Origin: Tubulanus polymorphus
Taxonomy: Eukaryota; Animalia; Nemertea
Length of the DNA: 64,000 nucleotides
Reading direction: 5' to 3'
NCBI RefSeq assembly: GCF_964204645.1
Contig: NC_134034.1
Span: 3,117,814-3,181,813 of the forward strand
Both the position numbers and the translations under genes were made by a program. Below are positions 40,529 through 55,218 of this stretch, in pieces. The notes beneath the pieces were generated by a model. That model was not told the origin of the DNA. It worked only from the letters and a program-made list of their open reading frames with translations, and ran no database searches. Numbering within the stretch: position 1 is the stretch's first letter; every line of letters begins with the position of its first letter.

Positions 40529-42152
40529 GACCTCGCGGAAATAACTCGTAGAATATACCCGGATATAGATGTTAGAAAGACCAACCCAAATGGGGAAAGA
40601 CCGCTGGACCGTTAACGTGACGTCACGACTGTGTGAGCAGGACGTCGGGTATCAATTCACTGGGATTCGAACCCGAAATAAGACGGACGATATAAGACGA
40701 TTGATATAAGATATACGTTGTAGGTTAAGGAAATCTATATGCCCTGGTCAGGCGACTGAGAAAACTTACGACAAAATAATGACAGCGTTTTATCAGTTCT
40801 AAACGTACTCTAATTACGTATTCGTTGTTACAGATATCTCGGCAATGTTTGAACTTATTACGAAAGTACTGCGTATTTCGAAATGCAACAAGATTAACAT
40901 AAAGCTATATAAGGTTATTTGTCCTCATAGAAATATTAGACCAAGAGGTGAAAAATCATCTCATTTCAAACTAAAAAAATATCTTTTGTCATTTTAGTTC
41001 TTTGAAAATTCAACAGAAGGCGTAAAGCACCGAAATAATGCCTTTTAAAGCTTAGAGAAAACTACAAAACCATCCGGAATGAAAATAATTACTTTATTAA
41101 AATACATGTATGATTTGAAAAAGTGTTCATATTACTCGGTGAATTAATTTATTAGGCAACGCAATTATTTCTCTAACGACATTAACGACTTTGCTGATCT
41201 ATCAGGTCATCGCAATTGCTTCTGAATGATGTTTTGTTTTTCATTTCAAGGCCTATATACCAACCACTAAGGCAGTATTATAGAAAAGCGAATTTAGACT
41301 TTTTTCGGGGCTCCTCCTCTGATCTCAAACAACGAGGACAAAAACGTCATTTCTAAATAATTAGCAGGCCTAATGTAATAAATTGAGAAATGTTTTTACA
41401 CATAGAAACTGCAAAAATATAAATATATGGATAAAGTTGTTTATAACATACCTGGCACCGGGACCATTGGCCATCTGTCATTAATGTTCAGAAACTTTTG
41501 CATCATTTTTGACGCCGTAAAAACCGTTATAAAATAGTCTATATACATTGATAACAAGTATGCATTATTCAAAGGATTCTATGTGCACTACGTCACCACT
41601 ATAAGTGTTTTTAACTACCATTTTCAATTGTGAATTTTGGTGTTTATTTTGTAAATAGATATACTCAATAACTCATATTTTGTATTTGATCGATTTTGAT
41701 AATTATTTTTGAAAGGTCGTACACTTCGTCATCAATATAGCGGGGCTAGACTGCAAGACGTATTCAAATTCGAAATAACTTTATTACTCTCGCGATATCT
41801 TATAATCGACACTCTATTGTCTATCATCCACCAGTATATGTTAATTTTCAAGGCGTGAATAAACTTTCAGTAAGTTCGTTATTTTTCTTGTTTTATCTCA
41901 GCGAATTCATTTGTAAGGCAAAGAGCATATTTTGTATGGAATTATGGAAAGTGATTCTTAACCATTTCACTCAATATTGCTGATGCTGATTGTGGATCGT
42001 ATCTTTAGTTTCAACAGCTGCGAGGATATCAATCGTTTAAAATCGGTTAAACGAAGCCAAAATGAAGGCGGGAGCCAAAACGAAACGGAGAAGGCAACGG
42101 GCCGAAGAACGAAAATAATGTCGGAAAATCCTCAAAACAAGAGATAGAACGG

Positions 42153-45100
42153 ATGAGTGTCTGTCACGCGAGGATTGTATATATTCTTTTATATCTTTTA
42201 TTTCTTTTGTCAGGCCATTGGGCGAATCGTAATGGAATGATTATTCGAGTAATTCTAAAATGGTTATTCGCAAAAGAGTAAAATATTTGAAATGTGAATT
42301 TGCCGCATGACGCATTTTAATTTCGTTATTAGGACAATCATCATTTGGAAAGTAATAAAACTGAAAGCCACGGTCTGTGTCGTCTAATGGGATTATTGTC
42401 TTTCGGGAAATAAAGATATTGTTCGCGGATACGAACTCGGTGTCGCATATATATAAACATCACATTTCGCTTTAGTGTTTTTAGCGATCGAGATATGGAC
42501 GCGTTACTACGCCACTTATACTCAGCAATATGGATAGCTTTATTCGGTGTGATTTCAGCCGTCGGCTCCGCGAGGACAATGAAAGTCGGTACGTACACGT
42601 GTTACCTTAAATGACCCACAGTTATTCAAAATATTTCTATTTCATTCATATCTCTTATCGGTAAGTGGCATTGCTAAATTTACGTGTATCTTTTCGTTAC
42701 GTAAGTTATGACTATTATGTTGATGACCATTGGTTAAGTCTTCGCCTAAACCTAGATTTTGTCTAAATGTTTCAACTTCGGTGGCACGTCTCGTCTGTGA
42801 CTGGCTGCCTAAATCGATCTTCACCGGTTCCGAATTTTGTGTAAAGCTGCAACGGACAGAATTCTAAAAACGGCCAGCGCTCATGTCGAAATATTTCCTC
42901 TCGTAGTCTGCCTCGTCACCGATGAATTCGCGAATATGCAAGAGTTGGTCGAGTATTTCTCGAGCGCCATTCGTCGTGCGCGGCTTCAAAACGAAACGGA
43001 CGCAACCGCTCCGAAAACGTCTCTCGATTTTACGTTCGTCGATTTTCGACCGGAGATGAACAGCGGGATCGGCCTCAACGAAAAATGTGAGTTTGTTTAA
43101 TGTAAACGCACGAGGTTTCATTAATGAAATAAATATAAACATAGCCACAGAGCAGCAATAACGGGCTTTCTGCCTAATGGTATATAACCTTTTGATATAA
43201 TTGTTTATTGTCTCGGATTCTAATCTGACTTGAATGGTACCACAACGTCAATGTGTTTGTCATATCACAGTAAAATACCTTACAAATTACGTTTTACACG
43301 ACGGAGTTCGAACGGTTTCGAATTTGTGGAGAGGAAACCAACCAAATTGTATACTAATGGAATTTGAAGCCAACTATGACTTGCCTTTGTCGGACATAAA
43401 AATTAGAATAGTGGTGCTGGAAGTAACGTCATAATTTCTAGAACTTCTCGTAAAAATGTTGCCCTGTGTTACCCCCCCCCCCCCCCGTTGTCGGGTAAAA
43501 AAGCACATGGCTCCATAGATATAGTTTGATGGGTTCGAATCCCACCTTTGCCATAATTTACTCTCGTCGGGCCCGGGCCAAATTGGTACGGATTAGGCTC
43601 GGGCCAAATTTGGCCCGTGCCTGATTAGAAAGCACGTTCACACCTAAACTATTTACTCGATACTAAACAATGCTCAAACAAAGCGAAGTGGATCATTTCC
43701 GGTGCCAGCAATTCAGAAGCAATCATTTGTCTGGTGCTAAAATTTGGCTCGGGTCTGGTCCGGCGTTTTTGGTTGGGCCAAAAATGCTCGTGTGATCGCG
43801 GCTTATGGTGATCTATTCCATTTAACTTAACTAACGTAATTTTCAGTGAATACGGTATACATGTTTGGATTCGACGTCGCGATTGGACCATCGATAGCGT
43901 ATCTCCAAAGAGCGATAGACAATATGCCATATTTTGAGGTCGGGAACGGTTTGTTAACTGGAGGCGACAGTTGCTCGTCGAGAAAACACGTGTATAACGT
44001 CCTGCCGACTTTATATCAGATGATGAGCGTCGTTCTCAGATACATTAAAAGTTCACAAGACACAATTTGCCGTCGCTTTGTGATCGTCACACACGATTCA
44101 GGTACAATGTACCATTACTATATTCCTCGGGGACCCTTTCAGTCGGGGGAGAAACTTTCCCAGGAACAATGTGGGTAGGGTGAAAATATTTCTCAGGAAC
44201 CATGTCGGCCGGTGAGCATCTTTCCTAGGAAGCCTGTTGAGTGAGAGTGATCTTTCTTGGGAAGCTTGTCGGGTGGGGGCGATCTTACCTGGGAAGCCAG
44301 TCGGATGGGGAGGATCTTTCCTAGGAAACCTGTCGGATGGGGAGGATCTTTTTTGGGAAGCCTTTCGGCCGGGTTAAGGATAAGAGAATTTTTCAGTGGT
44401 CCTGAATTTTGATTTTCGTTTTGTTGCTTACGTACATGAGCCACAACGTGAACTTGACGGAGTCATATTACTTAGATTCTTCGTAAATATATATATGTGG
44501 CCACTTTTATTATCAACAGAAGTCGGGTACCGGGGTCCCACCGCTAATATCCAAAATAGTAAGCAGGGATTCATTAGTTGTAGCAGTATTTTTTACGATG
44601 TTTCAAGCTGTCTTCTACACTGAGGATGTCACAATTGTGAACGGTGAATGGGAGTGACAATGTCTCAAAGATATTGAAGATATGAAAGGCCTACATAGTT
44701 AGCCAGCTTTTAAAACGCCAACCAAGAAACGAAGGCCGGGGCGTGCTTTTCATACATTTCTACCAAGAAGCAATACCGATGGCCTGTAATGCGAATTATT
44801 TTGCTTTAGATGAACTCGATGATTTTCTGACCGCGTTCAGCTCGTACGTGGCGAGATTTCCGGTCGGCCGTCGCACGCCGTGCATTGAACACTATCCATT
44901 CGTTCTGGGTTGGAAGAACCCTTCTCGTAATGGATATATCAGTATTGAAGACGCGCAGCCATTCCTTCACCTGATACGATCACGAGCTCTAGGAGTATCG
45001 CATGTGATTGTGTACACAAGAAAGCCTCTTGCATATTTGACGTTCGAGATGGTAGGTATGGTGCTACGTAATTATGACCTTTTCGCTATCAATTCATGAT

Positions 45101-48100
45101 ATGAACAATTGGGGGGTCATTGAGGTTTACTTTTCTCATGGACACTTGCATCCAGTTTATGAAACTATTGTGAAATTCATATTTTACAGTCAGCTGCGAT
45201 CGGCATGGCCACTTATCTTTACCGTTGGCTCCATTTGACATTTGTAAGTTAATGTTCCTCTAAGTCTGCGTAAGGCATTTTTCCACAAGGAAATGGATGG
45301 GCGAAGGGAATACAACTTATGCGAAAAACTACGAAACTTATTTACAGTAAAACCTCTCTTAGTGAACCCTCTTTCAATGAACACCTGTCCACATTGAATC
45401 AACAGTTTTGCGCGGCGCGGAACCAAAGTTATTATTTAAGTAAGACTGAAGACTAGATTACAGGCATAATATCCCATAAATCCCCATCCTCGCTTGCCAG
45501 GGGTTCGGTATCGCTCCCCGAACTCGCTTCCACCAGCCCCCTGGCCTCACGACACGTGATTTCATTACTCGGGCATTAGCGCATGACGCCATGTATCAAC
45601 TTGCGAGATACTTACTTGTTCGCATACAAGTGATGTGATTGGTAAGACCGGATTCAAATCTAGTAAAGACTCCAACGACTCGCGAAGTCAAGCGGTCCGG
45701 GAATGGCTTTAGCTTAGTGAGTTCGAATCCCTTGTGACGGGTGGAAGATGATAAATCCTATACTATAGGCAGAATCCGGGTGCCGGATCCGTACTCCAAT
45801 TAGCGTGATTATCGGATAGAGGGATGCAATATGGTGAATAACAACATATTCGTAATAGCATTTCGTACTTTTTTTTAAGGAAGATGTTCCGTACGGGCGT
45901 TTCAATTTTTCCGATACCATTTCCAACGACCCGAAACTAGTAGATATCTCAAAGACGGATCCATCGCTCTCGTTTCTGGATTTGTATAACTACGATATAG
46001 TGAACAAATACAACCTTACCCAATTATCAACGGGCAAAAAGTCACGTGATTATGGACTGTTCGACACCCTTCGCGCTTTGAATCGATTCGCCGAGCGACG
46101 AGACGAACAGAAATTGAAAGGTTGTTTTGTAAGTTAAGATTTAGTTAAATAACGATTGCTAGAATAGCATTTTCACTTTCACCGCCTCCTGCCATCGAGT
46201 ATAGCATCATCAATGTTCTGAACCACTTCATCGATTCAATAAATTCATAATTCGTTCTCAATAATTTTCATGTCAAATTGTTATTACTTTTCGATCGTCG
46301 AATTTAGGATTCTAAAGTCGAAGTTGATGGTTTAAGCGGACGTTTTGACTTCTCACTGAAGAAATGTCGCGAGGCGCCTGCCGTGTATGTTTGTAAAACC
46401 AACACGGATAGAAAGAAAACTCGATGTAAAATGACTGAACTAAAGGTATGAATCAAAGCAAAAATCAGAAAGTTACAAAAAAGTCTCGACAACTTAGCTA
46501 AAATTCAGCTGAATTCTGAAGTATAATTGCGATTACAGTTAATCTTTCATAAGTGAAATATCTCGGGACCGAGAATGATTCTACGATTTAGAAAAAGTCT
46601 GATTTTGGGGATGTCAGATTTCGAGCCTTTTCCCGAAAATTACGACTGAACAACTAATTTCTGTAACGGAAAAAAAATAAATCTACAAGCAATGATTCAA
46701 AAAGACTGTTTGAAATATTTCGGGTTTATTTATTTCGATATCGCTGTTGTTTTTATAGTACACGACATGGAATGAAATCGACGAAGGAGATCCGATCAAG
46801 CCTATTCCACCTCCAGGTGTACAACTTTTTACCTGGCATGCAGCGCACATATGGATAAGAATGGTTTGTATTGAACTATACGGGGCCAGGCTATCGCACC
46901 TGGTGGTATGGCTATGCTGCTTTTCAATCAACCTGAGATTGATTTTCAAGTTGGATTGTTACGGTATCCCATTAGCACTCAAGCTGCCAGTATCCACCCT
47001 GAGACCTCTTGTCTGCAACACGAAAACAGTCCTTGTGGAAAACAATCCGAATCCAATAGCTAATGATAAACTCGACACCTTCTTCTTCGGAAATTCGTAT
47101 AGAAATATACATCATATTCCGTTTTAAAATTCTCGAGTATTTGGAGTACGAACATGACAGATCTAAGCGCTCACTTATATATCCAAGTAGGTTTGAACGA
47201 ATTTTGGATGAATAATCACGATTTATGTGGCCCATCTTATCAAACCTTTTATCATATGAAATGCTTAGCTATCTACTACAAATATGAACTTGCAATACAT
47301 GAAAATTGAATTAGAATGAATATCGTGATCGAATGTGGATATTTCCTTGAATTTCCCCAGGGGTAATTTGTGAAATTTCTAAATGCTGATGGGATATATT
47401 AGGACTTATCTAATATCAAATGACCATTCTAGTATTAGACTTATCTATCTTATCTATTCTAGTGTTAGGTTTGAGGCGGGCGTAGGTCGGCCGTCGCGTC
47501 GCAAGTGAGTAAGTCGGTTGCGACGCGATCGACGCTGGCGGTGGCAGTGAATCGCATCGCAGTGTGTCGCAAGCCGTCGCAAGGCCGACCTACGCCCGCC
47601 TTTAGAGAAATCATTGATTTGAATATGTCGGCATGCTGCCTAGTAGTTCCAATGTATGAAACATCATTGTTACGCACGGTTTTTACGGCATCAAAAAAGT
47701 AGGTTCGCGCGAATGGCCTCACATGCCACAGGCGGAATCGTCTTGTCACGGTAGCGACTGGATGAAGGATGAATAATAAAATATGATGTCGAGTTGAAAC
47801 CCTCTAACATCGCTGAACTCACTAATGTTATCATCATTCTGTATCTTGACAGGAGCCGCCTTTCTTCATGCAATCAGAAGATGGAAATTACAGCGGAATA
47901 TTCTACGACCTGCTTGAGATATACAAGCCGTTTACAAGAGTCGAATTCAAATACTTCGATCATGCTTTGAACGATACTAAGAATATTTTAGATAGCTTTG
48001 TAAAATATGTGAGTATATTCTCATGAAATTAGAATTTCAACTTACATCAAACCACACTCGGTTGTATTTGTCTAAAATATATCATAATACTGCACACATT

Positions 48101-49412
48101 TCCACCGCTAGGACATAGCAGCTGGTGGATTTTCTATCGACTTCGAACGACTGGCCTACGTGGATTTCAGCGACCCGATCTATCCAGCGTGGTTGCATCT
48201 GGTATCGAAGATGCCAGCAGTGGAAAAGAATCGCTGGCAATTTCTGAAACCGTTCGTCAGCACTTTTTGGATGGTTATTCTAGCTACGATACTCGTCATA
48301 AGTATTTTGCTGTCGCTGTTGACATTTATAGACTACACAACCGACACGATCTCTTTAGTGGACAGTCTCTACTTCACGATGGCTCGACTCAGTAGCGGAA
48401 GTTCGGACACTAATCCAAACGCCATTCCCAGTAGGATCCTCGTCACCGTTGTAATGTTTCTCGGTATAGCCCTATCGGCCGCCTATACGGCCAATATGAC
48501 GGCGTTCTTGAGACTGAGAGTCGGTGAAAAACCGATAACGGATCTCAACGAATTGATCGAAAGAGGCGAGGGGAATTTCGGCGTTATCAAAAACGCACAA
48601 GTGGAGAAAGTTTTGTCGAAAGCGCAAAAATATCCCGATATCATGGTGTGGAACTTTATTTGCCGAACCGGTAACGTACTGCCGGATTTAGAAACGGCCG
48701 TTGAAAGAATAGTCAACGAGAATTTCATACTGATCACCGATACGCTAACGGCGCGGTACGCGGTAGCGCAGAGATGCGATTTAGTTAACTACGCACTTAA
48801 AGAGGTTTACGGGTTACGATTCGCTTTGGCTTTGCCGAAGGGTTCTTTAGTAAGACACGTAATGAACTCGTTGATAGCCCGCATAAGAACTCGGGGTGAT
48901 CAAAAAGAGATAATAGACAGGTCAGTAATGTTTGGGGAAAATGTTACCGCCAAAACTCTTACTGGCGACTGGTTTTGTATCAGTTTTTCTTGGTTATTCC
49001 ATAGCATCATTCCCCGCCAGCTCCCCCATTACCATCAAGGGCTATGCCAACGTAGTTGATGTCCTGAATGAATAATTAAATAAACCAAATCCGATAGATC
49101 CCCACATGCAATACAGTAGAATCAATGCACCAGTCACATTGCCGACACCTCATAACAGCGAGTCAGACCATTGGCCATATTCACAATCTTTCCATTCATT
49201 TGGTTTTCAGGTACACGAAACGTGAGTTGAAATGCGATCATCCCACCAGGTGGTCAGACGGAACGTCAGAGACCGAACCGTTGACGTTTTTTGAAATGTC
49301 GGGTGTATTCCTCATATTAGTTATCGGACTAGCCGTCGGGTCATCGGTAGCGCTTATAGAACGCTTACTGTTGATCTACAGAAGATCGAAAATGCTGAAG
49401 CGCAATCGATGA
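42153..49412 (+). CDS. Divergent ionotropic glutamate receptor / variant IR with N-terminal domain
   Basis: Exons about 42153-42228 (signal peptide), 42559-42588, 42907-43086, 43847-44101, 44810-45051, 45190-45243, 45880-46128, 46308-46445, 46759-? (unresolved), 47853-48008, 48112-48920 and 49211-49412. Motifs IGP, GLSGRFDF, EPPF, FSIDFERLAYVDFS, FLKPF, AYTANMTAFL, FALALPKGS, and M4 (EMSGVFLILVIGL). Confidence 0.85.
43560..43806. mobile_element. Harbinger-like MITE fragment (related inverted copy 54300-54570)
   Basis: End TCGTGTGATCGCGGCTTA is the reverse complement of TAAGCCGCGATCACACGA at 54300. Confidence 0.5.
44190..44370. repeat. ~33-bp GC-rich tandem repeat
   Basis: GATCTTTCCTAGGAAGCCTGTCGGATGGGG-like units. 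Confidence 0.7.
47474..47601. mobile_element. 128-bp MITE
   Basis: Perfect 19-bp TIR AGGCGGGCGTAGGTCGGCC / GGCCGACCTACGCCCGCCT. Confidence 0.75.
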
Positions 49413-49669
49413 ATCACCACCGCAATTTGCATCTCTTTAAAAATATATTTTCTATTCGCTAGTAAATTAAACAACTAATTATTATGAAATAAGTTTTCAA
49501 AATCTGCGTAATATCATAGAATACGATTAATTACCGTAATATTGAGAAGTTAACTTGAGGAATCAACGTTCTATCGGCTTCATTGCGTTCTTTATTTTCT
49601 AGAGATATTCATACTTGACTATATGAACATATATCATCTCAGTGTAGAGTTAAAATGATACATTGTATC

Positions 49670-50152
49670 ATTTTAGTTTCTCTGATGATGGGATAGCAGT
49701 AACCCCAAAACTGTTGGAGCTAATAAACTTTTCTACATATCTACTGTGGGTTGTTATTTGTTAATTCTATTACTTTCAAACAAGCTAAATCTAATGACGG
49801 GCGGCTTTTCTCCGCATAAATTCCCTTCTTTCAAAGTATGTTAATTCATCCTTTGACAACCACAGACACTCACTCAGAAAGTGACTCAATTAAACTGTTA
49901 TTCCGTGTATAAATACCGCTTGTTTTTAGTCATTATCTCACATCTGACAATGGGTAAGATCGATACGGTGTGTTCTTTAAAGATTTTTGATTGAATAAAT
50001 TATCGATTTAAAAAAACTCTTTATCATATATCTTTATTATATGTACATGGTTTCTGGATGGGGCCTGTGGTGGTTGAATTCGGGTCATATCAAACAATTT
50101 TCTGCATGGCTAGACGCACGATCTTTTTGTTTTCTGGCGGATCAAACTTCAA
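49670..50152 (+). repeat. Left arm of a ~490-bp inverted repeat; starts with a decayed hammerhead-like motif
   Basis: Reverse complement of 54734-55218 (shared block CATTATCTCACATCTGACAATGGGTAAGATCGATACGGTGTGTTCTTT). CTGATGA-TGGG..CCC-AAAA-CTGTT..AATAAA at 49682-49727. Confidence 0.85.
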
Positions 50153-51450
50153 AATGGTTTTTGCTTCTTCATCGGGCGCTGCTTGGCATTTTGGCGAACG
50201 GCGTTGGGACGATCAATCCGGGCCGGCGCCTCCAGCGCCCACTTGTCTTGTCTCATAACTTTATTCATGATATCTCATATGTTTCACCCTAAAATGTTAA
50301 AAAACCTGAACTCCTATAACTTGTTTTTTATGCCTAGATATGATAATGTTTGTATCAGTATTGTATGTTTCTAGTTTCTTTGTTCCACGTGCCGATTACT
50401 ATGTTCGGCGCAATATAGTACGAATTGAATTGAATTAAATCGGGACTAGAATCCGCGTCCATTAAGTAGACGGCGCTGTCGTCGAAAAATAATGGGCCGA
50501 AAATAATGTGCGGCGCGTTGTTTAACATATAGAAAGGACCATTACAAACCGTAGTCTCTTAGATTCTTCCATTATAACAGATTGCTGGTAAAACCACACG
50601 ATCACTCGCAAGGACAAGGTACCAACTTTTACTTACATTACACTTACAACAAAACTCAACAAGTTAATAGAAATAGCCTAATCCTGTGCTGATAACCGGC
50701 GGTATCTATCAAGTCACCACCCACTAGGAAGGGATCCAGATGTTTCACCACACCAGAGCGGCGTCCTGTTGAACTGGAAGGGCAAATAGGCTATATCATA
50801 GCACTAAACGGGGGGATCTGCCCTGGGGGCACACCTACAGAATCAGTGAAAAGTAACCAGAAGTCGCTCTAAAGTAATATGAAAAAAGTTTGCTGAATTC
50901 GGATACTGTGAGATCAGGTGCATGGTCCAGATGTGATACTATAACACCATAAACCAAACTAGAGTCAATGGGCGATACTGTTGCACCACTGACATCTTCA
51001 ACAACTTGATATATGTAGTCAACTTTTCAAGACGGGCTGTATTTGAATGCGACGTAGTGAGCCTTGAAATCTTTGAATTTTCAAAAGGAAATTCAAGGCT
51101 TTGTTCTTGCGAATGGCCTGCTGTTGTAGGGGCCTAACACCCAGTTACATAAACAATCTCGTACCTGTTTCTTTCAGTATACTGGGACCGTGGTTACCCC
51201 TACCCAATTAAGGCCAAATTTCATCCGCCATCATGTAACATGTGAATATGCCTAAAATTGTCCATGTTGCATGCTTTCCAGCACCAAAAACAGTTTATTC
51301 CTGGTACTTTCGGGTCTTAGCTAAAAAATAAGACCAAATTGAAGTGGATACAATGAATTCTAATATTTACCATACCCGGTACAAAAACTCAAGAATCGCC
51401 CCTGTCGGTTAAAGTTGACCCTGTTAATCTGTGATTATGTCTATTTTCAG

Positions 51451-53438
51451 TTTCAACGTTGAGCTTATTTTTGAACAGCGCGATGAGTTCACCACCACAT
51501 CGCAAATCAAGTGTCCAGCAGGGGGCGAAGCTGTTAGAGTGCGCAAGTTTCAGCGGGAAATCGAATCTACGTCAACCCAAACTCCGCGTACACGACAGTG
51601 TGCGTCGGTTTAAATGCGATCACTGCGATCAAACATTCTGTGCCAAAGCAGTGTTAAAAAATCACACGTCTACCGTTCATTTGAAATTAAAGCCGCACCA
51701 GTGCGCCATCTGTGAAAAAAAATTCACAGCAATTACCAGTATGAAAATGCATATCAAGACTGTGCACGAAGGCGTTCGGGCGTTTCAATGTGAAATCTGT
51801 CCCCAGACGTTTGGACGAAAAGGTCATTTAAAGCGACACATGACCATTCATAAGGAGGCGAAGCCGTTCCAGTGCGACATTTGTAAACGAGGGTTCGGTC
51901 AGAAAGGTAGCCTGCAGTACCATCTAATGACAAACCACGACAACAGCGTGCGTCCGTTTGAATGCGATCACTGCGATGAAACATTCACTAGAATAGGAGA
52001 CTTAAAAGGTCACACGTCTGTCGTTCATCTGAAACTAAGACCGCACCAGTGCGCCACCTGTCAGAAACATTTCATTAGTAAATCCGAACTGAACAGTCAT
52101 ATCAACATTGTACATGAAGGCATCAGACCGTATAAATGCGAAATCTGTCAGCGGACGTTTGGGCGAAAACCCCATTTAAATCGGCACATGACGCTCATCC
52201 ACCATGGGGTGAAGCCGTACCAGTGCAAGGTTTGTCGAAAATCCTTCGTTAATCAATCAAATTTGAAGAGCCACGTCGAAGTCGTCCATGAAGGCACTCA
52301 AACGTACACGTGTGCAATCTGTCAGCAGACGTTTGGACAAGAGGGAAATCTAAACCGGCACATGGCAACCATCCACCAGGGGGCGAAGCTGTACCAATGC
52401 GAGATTTGTGAAGCGCGTTTTGCTTTGAACAGTAACTTGAAGTACCACTTAAAGACCATGCACGACGGTGTGGGTCGGTTTAAATGTGATCACTGTGATA
52501 AAACGTTCACCCGCAAGGCAACGCTGAAAGATCATACATCTGCGGTTCATCTGATATCAAAGCCGCACAAGTGCGCCACCTGCCAGGAAAGATTCACAAC
52601 GAAATCGTCGTTGAAAGTTCATTTAGAGAGCGTGCATAAACGCGACAGACCGCGTTGTTGTAAAATCCGTCAGCAGACGTTCAAAACAAAGAATACCGGT
52701 ACTCCAAATGAGCAGGTGTTAGCAATTCATTCCACCAGGGGCGCTAGTCATTCTAGTCTTTCATCATCATCAGCAACGTTTAATTGTGAAATATGTGAGA
52801 AATCATGCAGAACAAAAGACAGTCTGGCGATACACGTGTTTTACAAACATCCTAAAGAGGGCGCTGAAAGGAGATTTCGGTGTAAATTCTGTTCGAAATG
52901 TTATTCGCACAAGGCTTCGCTGAATCAACATGTGAAAAACACTCATCATCAGTGTGAAAAAGACTCAGTGACAGTGGAGGAGACAGGTTTAGAAATTGAA
53001 GAGGAGACGAAAGAGGTGAATACAGTCTCTGAGAAGGTCGACACAGATTTAGAGGTAAAATCTGATTCCAAGACTGAGGAGGAGATCGAGGATGTGAAAA
53101 TTGAGGAGGTAAGGAAGGCAAATATAGTTTGTGAGACAAATAAGGTGACAAAGGGGGTAAATACAGTTTCTGAGATAGACGATGAGATAAACGAGGTGAA
53201 TACAGTTCCTGGGATAGATGGGGAGACAAACGAGGTAAATACGGAGTCTGAGAAAGTCGACACATATTCACATGTTAAATCTGATATCGACACTGAGGGG
53301 GGAACAGAATCTCAGGCAGATTTTGAGGAAGAGGAAAGTGTGAATCCGATAAAAAAGATGAAATACGACAAATCATACCCATGGCAACACTACGCGGTTT
53401 GTTCTGGGAAAATATGGATTTTTGTAGACGATGAATAA
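51451..53438 (+). CDS. C2H2 zinc-finger protein, 14 intact fingers plus acidic tail
   Basis: Repeated CxxC-x12-HxxxxH motifs in one long exon. Acceptor TTTTCAG at 51450; first in-frame ATG at 51483. Confidence 0.9.
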
Positions 53439-53530
53439 TAATGAAGTTATCTCAGATTGCCCCCCGGCAGAACGGTAGATTCATTGGATAAATCTGGTCA
53501 TGTCTGGAATTTGAGCGGAATTTAATCATG

Positions 53531-53622
<92 letters not shown>

Positions 53623-53699
53623 TTGTTTGAAAAAGATGACGTCAAGTTGTCCGAGCAAACCCTGGTGACACCCATGAACACAATAATTGTAAGCCTATT

Positions 53700-53876
53700 T
53701 ACAGTGGAACCTCGTTATAACGAACATCAAGGGACCATAAAACCTGTTCGTTATAACCGATACTGTTCGTTATATCCAGTATGAAAGTAATTGATATAGT
53801 CGTATTTGGGATGAATTTCTAAGTTTGTAACTGATGAATTGTTAGATCCGAGGTCGTCATGGCGAGGTTCCGCTGT
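53700..53876. mobile_element. pogo/Tigger-like MITE
   Basis: TACAGTGGAACCTCGTTATAAC...CGAGGTTCCGCTGTA. Confidence 0.7.
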
Positions 53877-54733
53877 AATTAATTGGTTCGACTTTACTGT
53901 GACTACTTTCCATTAGATTGTTTGGACATTTATTTTAAATTAATTAGATCGATTATCAGTATATAAGATGTAGAATCGTGTACGTCTATTTATGAATTAT
54001 GTGAATTCATTATTTTGTAATGACAAGTCTCTGTTTCAACATTCCAGTGAATTTGTTATTTTGTACGTGAAGTAAAAACAAATTAATTTAATTAACAAAT
54101 TGACTTAATTGAACAAATCCTTCGTCGGATGGTCTTTCAGTGCTGTACACGGAGCGGAATTTAAGGATTAGTGTCGGGACCCCTGCCTACGACTGAGGTT
54201 GCCGGGCTATGGTCGTCAAGACAGATGTAAGTCGGATAACATGATTCACCTGATTCGTACACTGATGTCGTCGTCAGTCATCTCATTCAAGATTATGCAT
54301 AAGCCGCGATCACACGAGCGTTTTTGGCCCGCGCCTAATTCGGTTCGAACAACTGTTCGTAACAGACGGTGCCAAGAAATGGACGCGTGCCCGTTTCAGC
54401 CCGACCGAAATTTGGCCTATTTCGCCCAACCAGAAACGTCGTACCAGGCCCGAGCCAAATTTTAGCACCTGGCAATGAACTGGTTCCGGGAACGACTCGG
54501 ATTCGCGTTGGTTTACGTGTGCCACGTGGCCTGGGTCTTTGATTTGGGCCAAATTTGACCCGGGTTAGGAAGTACATGTAATTGATATTGTCCTATTTCT
54601 TGAGATGAAATTCTGAGTTTGTAACTGATGTTAGATCCGAGGTCGTCACGACGAGGTTCCGCTCAACTTAATTGGTTCGACTCGACTGTGTAATCTTTTC
54701 CTTAGATTGTTTGGACATTTTTTCAATTCATCA

Positions 54734-55218
54734 TTGAAGTTTGATCCGCCAGAAAAAAAGATCGTTTCGCTCGTGAGTCTAGACATGCAGAAAATTGTTT
54801 GATATGACCCGAATTCAATCACCACAATCGAAGGCCCCATCCAGAAACCCGCTATGCGCAGATAAAGAGTTTTTAAAAATCGTTCATTTATTCAATCAAA
54901 AAACTTAAAAGAACACACCGTATCGATCTTACCCATTGTCAGATGTGAGATAATGACTAAAGACAAGGGGTATTCATGGGATAACGGTTTAATTGAGTCA
55001 CTTTCTGAGTGAGTGACTGTGGTTGGCAAGGCATGAATTAATATACTTTGAAAGAGGGGAATTTTTGCGGAGAAAAGCCGGCCGTCATTAGATTTAGCTC
55101 CTTCCCAAGGGAGTACATAGAATAACAAATAAAAAGCCACAGTAGATATGTAAAAAGGTTTGTTACATAAGATTCTTAGGGTTAATTCTAAAGCCCATCA
55201 TGAGAGAAACTAAAATAT
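54734..55218 (-). repeat. Right arm of the ~490-bp inverted repeat
   Basis: Reverse complement of 49670-50152. Confidence 0.85.

Noticed and set aside
44620-44650. Hammerhead-like CTGAGGA-T-GTCAC-AATT-GTGA
   Set aside because: Lacks the GAAA core and helices I and III; at best a decayed remnant.
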